64,000 nucleotides of DNA, taken from positions 30,220 to 94,219 of the forward strand of contig JANNWY010000278.1 of assembly GCA_031409335.1 (NCBI GenBank). Direction: 5' to 3'. The notes below the pieces were generated by a model, which made no database searches, was not told the DNA's origin, and saw only the letters and a list, made by a program, of their open reading frames with translations. Origin of the DNA: Chthoniobacteraceae bacterium (GTDB lineage Bacteria > Verrucomicrobiota > Verrucomicrobiia > Chthoniobacterales > Chthoniobacteraceae). Both the position numbers and the translations under genes were made by a program. Shown piece by piece: positions 1 to 9,906 of the stretch (position 1 is the first letter of the stretch; each line of letters opens with the position of its first letter).

Positions 1-595
1 CGTCAAGCGTTGGCTTGAATTGGAGGGATACCGCGTCTTCTTCACGGAGTGGAATTCATCGGTCCTCGTGAAGAAATCCACGACCAAGGGAAAAAAGCGG
101 CAACTCCTTACGCCCACGACGTTTAGCCTCATCCACTGCACCGATTTCGCGGATCGTTACGACCGTCAAATCCTGCCGCTGCTGCGCGCCGGCTACATCG
201 TGCTTTGCGATCGTTACATCTTCACGGCGCTCGCCCGGGATGCCGTGCGCGGGGTCGATCGCGAGTGGGTCGAGCGCCTTTACAGCTTCGCGGTGCATCC
301 CGACCTCACGATGTTTTTCCGGGTGCCGCTCGAGACTTCACTCCAGCGCATTCTCGAAGGTCGCCCGCAACTGAAGTATCACGAAGCCGGGCTTGACATG
401 GGCTGGAGTTCCGATCCCTACGAGAGCTTCCGCATTTTTCAGGGAAAAATCCTCGCGCAATATGAAGCGATGATCGAGCCGTTCGATTTCACCGTGATCG
501 ATGCGTCCAAGGAAATCCACGTGCAGCAGGCGGAAGTGCGCAGCCTGATCTCGCAGCGGCTCGATTTGCCCGCATTTCGGAGGAGGCCGGAATGA
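1..595 (+). CDS. Thymidylate (dTMP) kinase-like protein, copy 1 (5' end outside window)
   Basis: Frame open from position 2 (VKRWLELEGY). TMPK motifs 'IVLCDRY' and 'PDLTMFFRVP'. P-loop lies upstream of the window. Confidence 0.8.
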   Translation, partial: VKRWLELEGYRVFFTEWNSSVLVKKSTTKGKKRQLLTPTTFSLIHCTDFADRYDRQILPLLRAGYIVLCDRYIFTALARDAVRGVDREWVERLYSFAVHPDLTMFFRVPLETSLQRILEGRPQLKYHEAGLDMGWSSDPYESFRIFQGKILAQYEAMIEPFDFTVIDASKEIHVQQAEVRSLISQRLDLPAFRRRPE

Positions 596-1329
596 TCGCG
601 GAGAAGAAGTTTTTTGGACGCCGTCCGCCGGAAGTGCGAGACGCGAAATTCCCCGGCAAACTGATCGTCATCGAAGGCGCGGACGGTTCCGGGCGATCCA
701 CGCAGATCACGCAACTCACGCACTGGCTGGAGGCAAATGGTTTCGCCGTACGCCACATGGGCTTGCGCCGCTCGCATTTGGTCAGCGAGGAGCTGGAGGA
801 TGCGAAACAGGGAAACGTCCTGACGCATACGACGCTCTCGCTTTTTTACGCGACGGATTTTTTCGATCAACTCGTCCACGATCTCATCCCCGCGCTGCGC
901 GCCGGATTCATCGTCCTGGCGGATCGCTACGTTTACACGCTGATGGCGCGCGATCTCGTGCGCGGTGCGGATCGCGAGTGGACGCGCAATCTTTACAGCC
1001 CGGCGATCGTGCCCGATGCCGTGTTCTATTTCAAAGTCGGCGCGCGCCCGCTCATCGAGCGCAATTTTCAAAAGAACTCGACGCTCGACTACTGGGAAAG
1101 CGGGATGGACCTCGGGCTGTCGCGCGACATGTTCGATTCGTTCGTGCGCTACCAGCGCATGTTGCAAAATGAGTTCCAGCGGATGCACCAGGAGTATGAT
1201 TTCCAAGTGCTGAACGGGAACCTGCGCATCGAAAATCTCCAACGCCAGCTCCGCACGAAAATCGGGGCGATGCTCGGCATCGGGGCGGCGGATCTGGCTC
1301 CGCTGGAAACGCCGGACGCGGCGTCCTGA
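592..1329 (+). CDS. Thymidylate (dTMP) kinase-like protein, copy 2
   Basis: 'LIVIEGADGSGRSTQ' P-loop with Arg in place of Lys, 'IVLADRY', 'PDAVFYF'. ATGA overlap with copy 1. Confidence 0.85.
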   Translation: MIAEKKFFGRRPPEVRDAKFPGKLIVIEGADGSGRSTQITQLTHWLEANGFAVRHMGLRRSHLVSEELEDAKQGNVLTHTTLSLFYATDFFDQLVHDLIPALRAGFIVLADRYVYTLMARDLVRGADREWTRNLYSPAIVPDAVFYFKVGARPLIERNFQKNSTLDYWESGMDLGLSRDMFDSFVRYQRMLQNEFQRMHQEYDFQVLNGNLRIENLQRQLRTKIGAMLGIGAADLAPLETPDAAS

Positions 1330-1415
1330 GCGGAAATTTCCCGCGAGTCGTCTTGATTTGTTGCGCGAACGTCACCGCGCCGTTAAAGCTACCGCGAATT
1401 TTTAACGCCAAACTT

Positions 1416-2492
1416 ATGGAAACAGCCGTCAAATCGATCGATCACGCCCTGGCCCCCATCAATCAGGCGCTGAAGCCTGAAGACAAGATCAACTTGCTGC
1501 GCGACATGCTGCGCATCCGGCGATTTGAGCAGCGGGCGTTGAATGAATACACGAAGGGAAAAATGGGTGGATTCATGCACCTTTATATTGGCCAGGAAAG
1601 TGTCGCAGTCGGTGCGTGCTCACTGATGGGCGATGATGATCACGTCATCACCGCGTATCGCTGCCACGGCCACGCGCTCGCCGTGGGAATGAGCATGAAT
1701 GAATGTATGGCCGAGCTTTACGGGAAAGTAACGGGCTGCTCGAAGGGCAAGGGCGGCTCGATGCACTTCTTCGCGCCGGACAAGAATTATTGGGGAGGCC
1801 ACGGCATCGTTGGCGGTCAGACTCCGCTCGGTCTCGGTCTCGCGTATGGGCTGAAATACAAGGGCCTGAAAGGCGCGGCACTTTGTTTTCTGGGTGATGG
1901 CGCGGTCAATCAGGGCTGCTTTTACGAGTCGCTGAACATGGCGGCGCTGTTCGACTTACCCGTCATTTATATTATAGAAAACAACGGCTACTCGATGGGC
2001 ACCAGCCTTGAGAGATCGTCCGTCATCAAGAATTGCCTCGCCCAACGCGGCGAGGCTTTTTGTGTCGATTGGGCTCAGGCAAACGGCGAGGACATTTACG
2101 AAGTTCGGGCTGCGACGCAGAAAGCCATCGACCGCGCTCACAACGAGTCCAAGCCGACCATCCTCGAACTCGACACTTATCGTTACTACGGTCACTCCGT
2201 CGCCGACTCGAAACACAAAGGCGGCTACCGGCCCGAGGAGGAAATCGAGAAATACAAACGCGAACACGATCCCATCCAGCTTTTCAAAAAGCGGCTGATC
2301 GAAGAAGCGGTGCTTACGGAAGCGCAGTTCGAGGAAATCAGTGACGCGGCGAAAGCGGAGGCTGAAGCGTCCGCCCAATTTGCCGAAGAAAGCCCGCTGC
2401 CGACCGACGCGAATATTTTCGAGGACGTCTATTTCGAAGTGGATCGGCAGACCGAATCGGGCCGCACGGGCAAACACTTTTTTCACGACTAA
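1416..2492 (+). CDS. pdhA: Pyruvate dehydrogenase E1 alpha subunit
   Basis: 'GFMHLYIGQE', 'KGKGGSMH', ThDP motif 'GDGA...ENN', 'YRYYGHS'. ATG at 1416 preferred over TTG at 1353. Confidence 0.93.
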   Translation: METAVKSIDHALAPINQALKPEDKINLLRDMLRIRRFEQRALNEYTKGKMGGFMHLYIGQESVAVGACSLMGDDDHVITAYRCHGHALAVGMSMNECMAELYGKVTGCSKGKGGSMHFFAPDKNYWGGHGIVGGQTPLGLGLAYGLKYKGLKGAALCFLGDGAVNQGCFYESLNMAALFDLPVIYIIENNGYSMGTSLERSSVIKNCLAQRGEAFCVDWAQANGEDIYEVRAATQKAIDRAHNESKPTILELDTYRYYGHSVADSKHKGGYRPEEEIEKYKREHDPIQLFKKRLIEEAVLTEAQFEEISDAAKAEAEASAQFAEESPLPTDANIFEDVYFEVDRQTESGRTGKHFFHD

Positions 2493-2498
2493 CCGACC

Positions 2499-3473
2499 AT
2501 GCCACTGATCAGCTACCGCGAGGCACTGCGCCACGCTTTCGACGAAGAAATCCAACGCGATCCGAATGTTGTCCTGATCGGCGAGGAAGTCGCGCAGTAC
2601 GACGGCGCTTACAAAGTCACGGAAGGCCTCTGGAAAAAACACGGCGACAAGCGCGTCGTCGATACGCCGATCTCGGAAGCCGCCTTCATCGGCATGGGCA
2701 TCGGCGCTTCCATGCTCGGCCTGCGCCCCGTCATGGAGCTGATGTTCTGGAGCTTCGCCACCGTCGCCTATGATCAAATTGTCAACAACGCCGCCCAAGT
2801 CCGCTACATGTCCGGCGGCCTCATCAATTGCCCCATCGTCATCCGCGGCCCAGCGAATGGCGGCACGAATGTCGGCGCGACGCACAGCCATTGCCCGGAA
2901 AACTGGTTCGCCGCCATCCCCGGCCTCAAAGTCGTCAACGCCGCTACGCCTTACGATGCGAAGGGTTTGATGAAAACCGCCATCCGCGACAACGACCCCG
3001 TGCTCTTCATGGAAAGCACGCTGCTTTACGGTGAAAAAGGCGAAGTGCCCGAGGAGGAATACCTCATCCCGCTCGGCAAAGCGGACATCAAACGCGAAGG
3101 CACCGACATCACGCTCATCGCGCACGGTCGCGCCGTCCTCACCGCGCTCAAAGCCGCCGAGTTGCTCGCCGCCGAGCACGATGTGAACGCCGAAGTCCTC
3201 GACCTCCGCAGCATCCGTCCGCTCGACGAGGAAGCCATCCTCGCCAGCGTCCGCAAAACGCACCGCGCCATCTGCATCGAGGAAAACAAACCCTTCTGCG
3301 GCATCGGCGCACAGATTTCCTCCATGCTGATGGAGAAATGTTTCGACGATCTCGACGCGCCAGTCCTTCGAGTCACCTCGCTCGACGCCCCCGCGATCTA
3401 CAGCCCGAAAGTCGAGCCCCGCCAGCTTCCAAGGCCGACGGATGTGGTGGAGAAAGTGTTGAGCATCTGCTGA
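2499..3473 (+). CDS. pdhB: Pyruvate dehydrogenase E1 beta subunit
   Basis: 'GEEVAQYDGAYKVT', 'DTPISEAAF', 'DLRSIRPLD'. Starts 6 nt after pdhA. Confidence 0.93.
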   Translation: MPLISYREALRHAFDEEIQRDPNVVLIGEEVAQYDGAYKVTEGLWKKHGDKRVVDTPISEAAFIGMGIGASMLGLRPVMELMFWSFATVAYDQIVNNAAQVRYMSGGLINCPIVIRGPANGGTNVGATHSHCPENWFAAIPGLKVVNAATPYDAKGLMKTAIRDNDPVLFMESTLLYGEKGEVPEEEYLIPLGKADIKREGTDITLIAHGRAVLTALKAAELLAAEHDVNAEVLDLRSIRPLDEEAILASVRKTHRAICIEENKPFCGIGAQISSMLMEKCFDDLDAPVLRVTSLDAPAIYSPKVEPRQLPRPTDVVEKVLSIC

Positions 3474-3490
3474 AAAGCAGGCGTTCTTGC

Positions 3491-3592
3491 GCCGAAGGCT
3501 TTGGGACTGCGGCGATTCCTTCGCAGCTTTTCCGATGACGCGCGGCATCCCGAGAGCGGTGAAGGAATCACCGCAGTCCAAGAGCCTTCGGC
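3491..3592. repeat. REP-like inverted doublet (family A) between convergent pdhB and DUF1501 genes
   Basis: gccgaaggctttgggactgcggcgattccttcgcagc ... gcggtgaaggaatcaccgcagtccaagagccttcggc form an imperfect ~37-bp inverted repeat, and each arm is itself a hairpin. A related copy lies at 33676-33759. Confidence 0.8.
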
Positions 3593-3593
3593 T

Positions 3594-4997
3594 TTAAGCA
3601 AACACTTCCATCACTGGCTTCCCATCCGCCAGTAGCACCGGACGATTCGCCGCCGTCTTCATTTCCGTGTGCGGATCGATCCCGAGCGCGTGATAAATCG
3701 TCGCCGCGAGATCATCGGGCCGCACCGGATTTTCCGAGGGATACGCCCCGCTCTTATCCGAAGCCCCATGCACAAAACCGCGCTTCACCCCGCCGCCCGC
3801 GAGCAGCGTCGTGTAACACTGCGGCCAGTGATCGCGGCTCGCGCTCTTGTTGATGTTCGGCGTGCGCCCAAACTCACCCATCCACACCACGAGCGTGTCT
3901 TTCAGCATCCCGCGCTCTTCCAAATCGATGAGCAAAGTCGGCAGCGTCTGTTCCGTCATCGGCAGGTGATATTTCTCGATGATCGGATACATCCGCGTGT
4001 TGTTAAAACCATGAGTGTCCCACCCGCCGCGATCCGTCTTCTGGCCGCCGATGTTGTCTGAAAAATACACCGTCACAAACTTCGTCCCCGCCTCGACGAG
4101 TCGCCGCGCCAGCAGACAGCTCTGCCCGTAAGTCGAGCGCCCATAAGCCTCGCGCACCTTCTCCGGCTCCGCGCTCAGATTGAACGCATCGCGCAACCGC
4201 GGCGATTGCAGCATCGCCATCGCGCGCTCGTAGTACCCATCCATCCCACGCGCCTGCGCCGAGAAATCCATTAGCCGCGCCTGCGCATCCACGAGCTTCT
4301 GCAACTCCCGCCGCGCCTGCATTCGCTCGATCGAAATCCCCTCCGGCAAACTCAACTCCGGCAGCGCAAACCCCGATGAATTCGGATCCTGCAACACAAG
4401 CAGCGGGTCGTGCTTTTTTCCCAGAAAACTCGCGTGCTGCCCCGGCGTGATCGACCCATCACTGATGACGTGCGGATACGAAACCGCCGTCGGCATTTCC
4501 CCGCTCCCCGGCGCGAACGCATCCACCACCGACGAATATCCGGGAAACAGATCAAGCGAATCCCGCAGCCGCTGATCGTCGGTCGGCGGCGCGTGCCCGG
4601 TGAGCGCGTAATAGCCCGCCGAGTTGTGATTCTTCATGTCGTGATGCATCGACCGAATCAGCGTCACCTTGTCCATCACCTGCGCTGTCTTGGGAAGATG
4701 CTCGCTCACCTGGATGCCATCTGCCTTCGATGAAATCGGCTTGTGCGGCCCGCGAATCCCCTCCGGCGCATCCGGTTTCATATCGAACATGTCGATGTGC
4801 GAAGGCCCGCCCCATTGAAAAAGAAAAATCACCGACTTCGCGCGAGCCTTGATTTGATCAACCTTCGCGAGCGCCTCCGCCCGCAGCAGATTCGGCATCG
4901 AAAGCCCGAGCAAACCGAGCCCGCCGACTTTCAGTGCGGCGCGGCGCGACATCGCGCTGTGAAAATTCGGGCAGGCAAAACCGGCGCTCATGGGCAT
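3594..4997 (-). CDS. DUF1501 family protein with Tat-like signal
   Basis: 'SRRAALKVG' twin-Arg motif. Family motifs 'GGPSHIDMFDMKP', 'GQSCLLARRLVEAG', 'WDTH', 'GEFGRTP', 'RDHW'. Confidence 0.9.
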   Translation of the reverse strand: MPMSAGFACPNFHSAMSRRAALKVGGLGLLGLSMPNLLRAEALAKVDQIKARAKSVIFLFQWGGPSHIDMFDMKPDAPEGIRGPHKPISSKADGIQVSEHLPKTAQVMDKVTLIRSMHHDMKNHNSAGYYALTGHAPPTDDQRLRDSLDLFPGYSSVVDAFAPGSGEMPTAVSYPHVISDGSITPGQHASFLGKKHDPLLVLQDPNSSGFALPELSLPEGISIERMQARRELQKLVDAQARLMDFSAQARGMDGYYERAMAMLQSPRLRDAFNLSAEPEKVREAYGRSTYGQSCLLARRLVEAGTKFVTVYFSDNIGGQKTDRGGWDTHGFNNTRMYPIIEKYHLPMTEQTLPTLLIDLEERGMLKDTLVVWMGEFGRTPNINKSASRDHWPQCYTTLLAGGGVKRGFVHGASDKSGAYPSENPVRPDDLAATIYHALGIDPHTEMKTAANRPVLLADGKPVMEVFA

Positions 4998-5057
4998 GAA
5001 TCATCCAGCAGACTTCTTGAAAGACAACCCGGCAATTCCGGCGCAAACGATGATAAC

Positions 5058-7682
5058 CTACCGCCGCGCCTCATAGTAGTAAGCGCGATGGGTCCCATCG
5101 ATTTCAAAGGTTCCGTCCGCAGCCACAGTCACGCTCCTGCCAGCCATCGGCACGCCGTGCGGATCGCATGGCGTGATACTCTTTGCCATTGCGCCCATGA
5201 ATCGCAGCGAAGCCTGCACGGGTTCCAGCAGCAGCGGCGGAGTGCCCGTCGCTTCGAGGCGAGTGCCGTCGGCGTTGTAGCGCGCGCCGGTTTGTTTGTC
5301 CTGCGCGAGCGCGGTGATGAGGATGTGTTTGCTCTCCGCGAGCGGTGCGTCGTCGAGCGGGGTGAAAATGAGCGAGACGAATTCCGTGCGGACGGTGGCG
5401 GTGACGCCGGGGAGCACGATCGCGTCGGGACCGGGCCGACCGATGACCGCCTGCGTCTTCGGCCCGCGCAGCAGCACGCGCTCGCGGGCGTAGTCCCACA
5501 CGAGTTCCCCGGTCGCGGCAGTGAGCGTTTTGTTTTTCTCGTCCCAAAATTTCGCGAGGTCCGTCACATCGCTTTTCCCGCCGTCGAACGCAGTCGTCAC
5601 ACGCCCGATCGCGAACGTTTCGGCGGGCGTCGCGAGGGATTTTGCGTCGTCGTTTCCGCTGAAAATTTCATCCGTCGTGAAACGGCGCGCGGCGGCGACC
5701 GGCGCTTCTTTCACATGCCCGCGATACAGCGCAAAGGCGAGCGCGGGGAATTGGCCGAGGTAGTGCGGCGTGTCGCTCGCGTACGCGCTCATGTGCGGCC
5801 AGCCGTCGCCGAGGCGCGTGCCGCTTTGCGCGAAATGCCACGAGCCATCCCAGCCCTGGAGGCCGAGCGCGTAGAAAGCCATCAGCGGCGCGCATTCGAG
5901 CTTCCAGCGATTCGGCGGCGATTGGCTCCACTCCGTCATCGCGAAAGGGCGGTTTTCCACCACGCGGAGATTGCGCGAAAAAATGCCGAGGCCGGGCCGC
6001 GTGAGATGCGACTGCCAATCGACCCGGCCTTCCTCGATACCGTGGCGGCCTTCGCCGCCGCCGAAATAATCGTGCCGGTCGATCATGTCCGCGGCGGTAT
6101 CCGTCCACAGATTCGGCAGCTCGCCGAGCCCGCTCCCGGCCTGCCACGCGGTCGTGATCGTCACGCCGCGAAAACCCGCGCCGCGCATCGCCTGCTCGCA
6201 CACGGCATGATTCGCGCGCTGCATCTCCGCCAGGAAACGCAGCACATCACCCGCGCGCCGCGTCTGACCCGCGAAAGCGCCGCGGATACCCTCGCCATCG
6301 AGATCCCACGGACTCATCAGCCGCAGCTCGCGCGCATCGACGCTGTCGCCATTTTTCAGCGCACCCCACGCGGCCTTCAGCGCATCGTCCGTTTTGTAGC
6401 GCGCCTTCACCCACGCGGCGAAATCCGCGCGGAGTTGCTGCGCGTGGCGCGGCCATTTCTTGTCGCCCGCCGCGAGATCGCCGAGCGGGTTCCAGAAAAA
6501 GATGCTCTCCTCGTTATTCATCTCGACCGTCGCGAGCGCAGGATCGTCCACGTAGCGCAGGCCGGTGTGCGGATTTTTGTGCGTGAGCAGCTCCACGAGC
6601 ACGCGCGTGCGCCGCTCCCAGAGCTTCGGCGCGGCGGCCATCACGCCGTAGGTGTCGCGCAAAGTCGTGCCTCTCCCCTGTGGCAGATCCTCGAAGAATT
6701 CATAGCCCGCGTCCGGCCCGATGCGCCAGTGGTAGAAGACGCTCCACGCGGAGTAAATGCCGTGCCTTTTCAACTCGGCGAACCACCAGTCGTAGGCATC
6801 GAGCTTCTTCGCGTCGATGCGCCCATCGGTCGTCACATCGTCCCAGAGCGGATGCTGGCGCACGATGTTGCAGCCGAATTTTCGCAGATACTTCGCGCGC
6901 TGCGTGAGCTGCTCGCGCGTGTACTTCCCCGGATCGACATTCGCGCCGACGCCCCACAGCTTCACGGGATTCCAATCACCAGTTAGGAGATGGTTCTCGA
7001 AAACCAGCTTGTCGCCAACTGCCTTCAAGAAACCGAATTTTCCCGCCGGTGCCAGCACGAGCCGCGACATATCGATGATACTGCGCGGATCGAACGTGTC
7101 CTCATCCGCCATGAGCGGAAACCAATCGCCCGGCCCTGCCGCTCCCGCGCGCGCGCTCGCGCCCGGCTTCATCGTCCCCTGCGGCACGAACGGATCGGTC
7201 GTCAGCACGAAGCAATCAAGCCCGCCGCTGTTGGACTGTCCGCCCTCGAAGTGGAACGCGATCTCGTGCTTGCCTTTCGCCAGCGTGAGTTTCCCGATTT
7301 TCACCCATGCGATGAAGCGGTGGTCGAGCTTTCCGTCGCCCGCGATGTTCTGCTGCTGCTGCACCGTGCCCTTCGTCACCGCCGTCCACGCGCCGCCATC
7401 GAGCCGCCACTTCGGCTCCGATGCCACGGGATTCAGCCGCGCGAAAAACGAGTAGTCGCCCGCTTCCGCGATCTCAATGCTGTAGCTGCACTCACCCGGC
7501 TTTTCGCCGTAGTGGGAAAGCCACCCGCCACCCGAAAGCACATCGCGCTTCACAGCATCGTACCAGCCGTGTTTCTGCATCGTCGATGTTGCGGGCGCTT
7601 CGCCCTCGACCCAAATCGAACCAGCGTGTGAGCGGGTGTAAAGTAGGAGCAAGGCGATGACGAAGGTGGCGTGAAGGCGCAT
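5058..7682 (-). CDS. Secreted clan GH-A-like glycoside hydrolase with N-terminal CBM-like domain
   Basis: Signal peptide MRLHATFVIALLLL..SHA; 'IWVEGE' beta-sandwich start; putative acid/base 'MNNEES' and nucleophile 'AMTEW'. Confidence 0.65.
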   Translation of the reverse strand: MRLHATFVIALLLLYTRSHAGSIWVEGEAPATSTMQKHGWYDAVKRDVLSGGGWLSHYGEKPGECSYSIEIAEAGDYSFFARLNPVASEPKWRLDGGAWTAVTKGTVQQQQNIAGDGKLDHRFIAWVKIGKLTLAKGKHEIAFHFEGGQSNSGGLDCFVLTTDPFVPQGTMKPGASARAGAAGPGDWFPLMADEDTFDPRSIIDMSRLVLAPAGKFGFLKAVGDKLVFENHLLTGDWNPVKLWGVGANVDPGKYTREQLTQRAKYLRKFGCNIVRQHPLWDDVTTDGRIDAKKLDAYDWWFAELKRHGIYSAWSVFYHWRIGPDAGYEFFEDLPQGRGTTLRDTYGVMAAAPKLWERRTRVLVELLTHKNPHTGLRYVDDPALATVEMNNEESIFFWNPLGDLAAGDKKWPRHAQQLRADFAAWVKARYKTDDALKAAWGALKNGDSVDARELRLMSPWDLDGEGIRGAFAGQTRRAGDVLRFLAEMQRANHAVCEQAMRGAGFRGVTITTAWQAGSGLGELPNLWTDTAADMIDRHDYFGGGEGRHGIEEGRVDWQSHLTRPGLGIFSRNLRVVENRPFAMTEWSQSPPNRWKLECAPLMAFYALGLQGWDGSWHFAQSGTRLGDGWPHMSAYASDTPHYLGQFPALAFALYRGHVKEAPVAAARRFTTDEIFSGNDDAKSLATPAETFAIGRVTTAFDGGKSDVTDLAKFWDEKNKTLTAATGELVWDYARERVLLRGPKTQAVIGRPGPDAIVLPGVTATVRTEFVSLIFTPLDDAPLAESKHILITALAQDKQTGARYNADGTRLEATGTPPLLLEPVQASLRFMGAMAKSITPCDPHGVPMAGRSVTVAADGTFEIDGTHRAYYYEARR

Positions 7683-7868
7683 GTGTTGTCTCGGCAATCG
7701 CGATCAGAGCCTCGTCTTAGCTGGACGCGCGGGTTCGCCTTTTCGGCGCGATGAAAATTGGCCATCGAACGCCGCCCGCAGCGGGTCATCAGCGGCTTCG
7801 TTCCGCGCGGTGAGTCAATTGGATCCGCGATTGCGCGGGGGCGGGCGGCTGTCTTGAATCCGCAGCCC

Positions 7869-9125
7869 ATGCCGCTGACGGAAAAAAAATCCGCTCTCGT
7901 GGCCATCGCTGCGCTGGCGTTGGCTGGCGGGCTCGCGTGTGCGTGGGATTTGGCGCTGATTTGGGATGGCGGGGCGCAGTTTTGTTACACACTTTTCCAT
8001 GGGTGCGGATACGGATACGCCGCGCGTTTTTTCACGGCGATCCTGTGGCAGCCGGTGATTTGGGCGGCACACGTCACGGATGATCTGGCGATCCTCCGCG
8101 CGCTCTACGGACTGCCGCTGTGTCTCGCGCCAGCGATCAGCGCGGCGCTTTCGTGGTGGATGGTGGCGCGCTCGCGGCCCGGGCTTTTTCCGTGGGCGTT
8201 GCTCGGCATCTGCGCGGCTTCGGCGCCGGTGCAGGTGTTCGCAATCAATGAGAGCATCTTTCAGCTCAACCTGTTCTGGCCCGTCTTTCTCGGGCTGCTC
8301 GTGCCGCTGAATCCCGCGCGCTGGCTGGTGATCGGGCTGTTGCTCGTGTTTCAGTTTTCGCATCCGCAAGGGCTGCTGCTGCTCGCCGGCGCAACGGTTG
8401 CGCTCGTCGCATTGCGCGATCGGAAGCGCGCGATTTTCATGGCGGCTCTGACTCTGCTCTGTCTGTTCCGCGTCCTGCTTTTTCCCGATGCGGAAGCGGC
8501 CGAGCAGGCGAGCTTGGGAAAGGCGTGGGCGCTGTTCCGGCAGGGTGTGCTCGGCTGGCCGCTGGCGGGCTGGCTGTGTGTGGTAGGTGCGGCGTGGACC
8601 CGCTCCGATCGTGTCGCGAAACGGCTGCTCTGGCTCGCGGCGGCGCTGTGGATTTGGTGGGCGATCGAGCCGGCGCGCTGGGCGAAGGCGATGGATGCGC
8701 GGCGATTTGTGATCGTGTTCGCGGCCCCGTTTTTCTTTGGCGCGTGGCGCTCCCTCCGGCTCCCGGCTGCGCCGGAAATGCATCGTCGCGCGCTGGCCGT
8801 GGCGCTCATTTTTGCCTGCACACTTTCGCTGCAAACGAATGGCTGGCGCGGCCTGATGGCGCGTGTGATTGCCCAAGCCGAGGCCGATCCGCGGCGCGTG
8901 ATTCCGTCGGAAGATTTCGCGTGGACGCGCGGTGGGCCGGCGGAGCATTGGGGCCTCGGGCCGCAGGTGATCGCGAAGCTCGGCGGGCGGAAACTCGTGC
9001 TCGGCCTTGGCGCGCGCGAGGCTCTGCGGAGCGATCCGCCAAAGGTGGAGCTCGGCTACGACGCGTGGGTTCCGCCGGAGCCGGGCATACTCGGGTGGTT
9101 CGACTTTCGTGACACGGTGCGGTAG
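7869..9125 (+). CDS. Polytopic membrane protein, unknown function
   Basis: About 10 hydrophobic segments; ATG at 7869 chosen. Ends 9 nt before the ECF sigma gene. Confidence 0.65.
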   Translation: MPLTEKKSALVAIAALALAGGLACAWDLALIWDGGAQFCYTLFHGCGYGYAARFFTAILWQPVIWAAHVTDDLAILRALYGLPLCLAPAISAALSWWMVARSRPGLFPWALLGICAASAPVQVFAINESIFQLNLFWPVFLGLLVPLNPARWLVIGLLLVFQFSHPQGLLLLAGATVALVALRDRKRAIFMAALTLLCLFRVLLFPDAEAAEQASLGKAWALFRQGVLGWPLAGWLCVVGAAWTRSDRVAKRLLWLAAALWIWWAIEPARWAKAMDARRFVIVFAAPFFFGAWRSLRLPAAPEMHRRALAVALIFACTLSLQTNGWRGLMARVIAQAEADPRRVIPSEDFAWTRGGPAEHWGLGPQVIAKLGGRKLVLGLGAREALRSDPPKVELGYDAWVPPEPGILGWFDFRDTVR

Positions 9126-9134
9126 CACTCGCGC

Positions 9135-9848
9135 ATGTCTCCCGCCCGCTCCCAATTTGGCGATACGCGCTGGAGCGTCGTGCTCGCGGCGCAGTCGGGC
9201 GACGAGGCGGATGTGCGCGCGGCGCTCGCGGAATTGTGCGGCGCGTATTGGTATCCGCTCTACGCATTCGTGCGGCGGAGCGGACACGCGCCGGAGGAGG
9301 CGGAGGATTTGACGCAGGAATTTTTCGCGCGGCTGCTGGCGAAGGACTGGCTCGCGGGAGTCGATGGCGCGAAGGGACGCTTCCGCGCGTTCCTGCTCGC
9401 GGCGATGAAACATTTCCTCGCGAACGAATGGCGTCGCGCGCAGACGCAAAAGCGCGGCGGCGGCACGATCGCGGTGCCGCTCGATGCGGAAGAACGCTAC
9501 GCCTGCGAACCCGTGGACGCTTTCACACCCGAGACGCTGTACGAACGGCGCTGGGCGCTGACGGTGATCGAAAACGTTTTCGCCGCGCTGCGGGCCGAGA
9601 TGGAGCAGGCGGGAAAGCGCGAAGTTTTCGAGACACTGAAAGATCTGCTGTCGCCCGATGCGCGACACATTTCCTACGCGGAAGCCGGCGCGCGGCTCGG
9701 GCTGAGCGAGGATGCGGTGAAGATGACAATTTACCGGCTGCGCAAACGCTACCGCGATCTGCTGCGCGCGCACATCGCGGCGACGGTCGGCACGAGCGGC
9801 GAGATCGACGCGGAGATTCGCGATTTGTTCCGCGTTTTCAGCGCATGA
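9135..9848 (+). CDS. ECF sigma-70 factor of the kinase-associated type
   Basis: 'TRWSVV', 'YWYPLYAFVRR', 'EAEDLTQEFF' (region 2), and region 4 HTH 'SYAEAGARLGLSEDAVKMTIYRLRKRY'. Confidence 0.9.
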   Translation: MSPARSQFGDTRWSVVLAAQSGDEADVRAALAELCGAYWYPLYAFVRRSGHAPEEAEDLTQEFFARLLAKDWLAGVDGAKGRFRAFLLAAMKHFLANEWRRAQTQKRGGGTIAVPLDAEERYACEPVDAFTPETLYERRWALTVIENVFAALRAEMEQAGKREVFETLKDLLSPDARHISYAEAGARLGLSEDAVKMTIYRLRKRYRDLLRAHIAATVGTSGEIDAEIRDLFRVFSA

Positions 9849-9906
9849 AAAATTCTCGTTACCTTTCGCGCGGAACCGTTCTGGAAGGGGTGAAACCAAA
9901 TACGCC

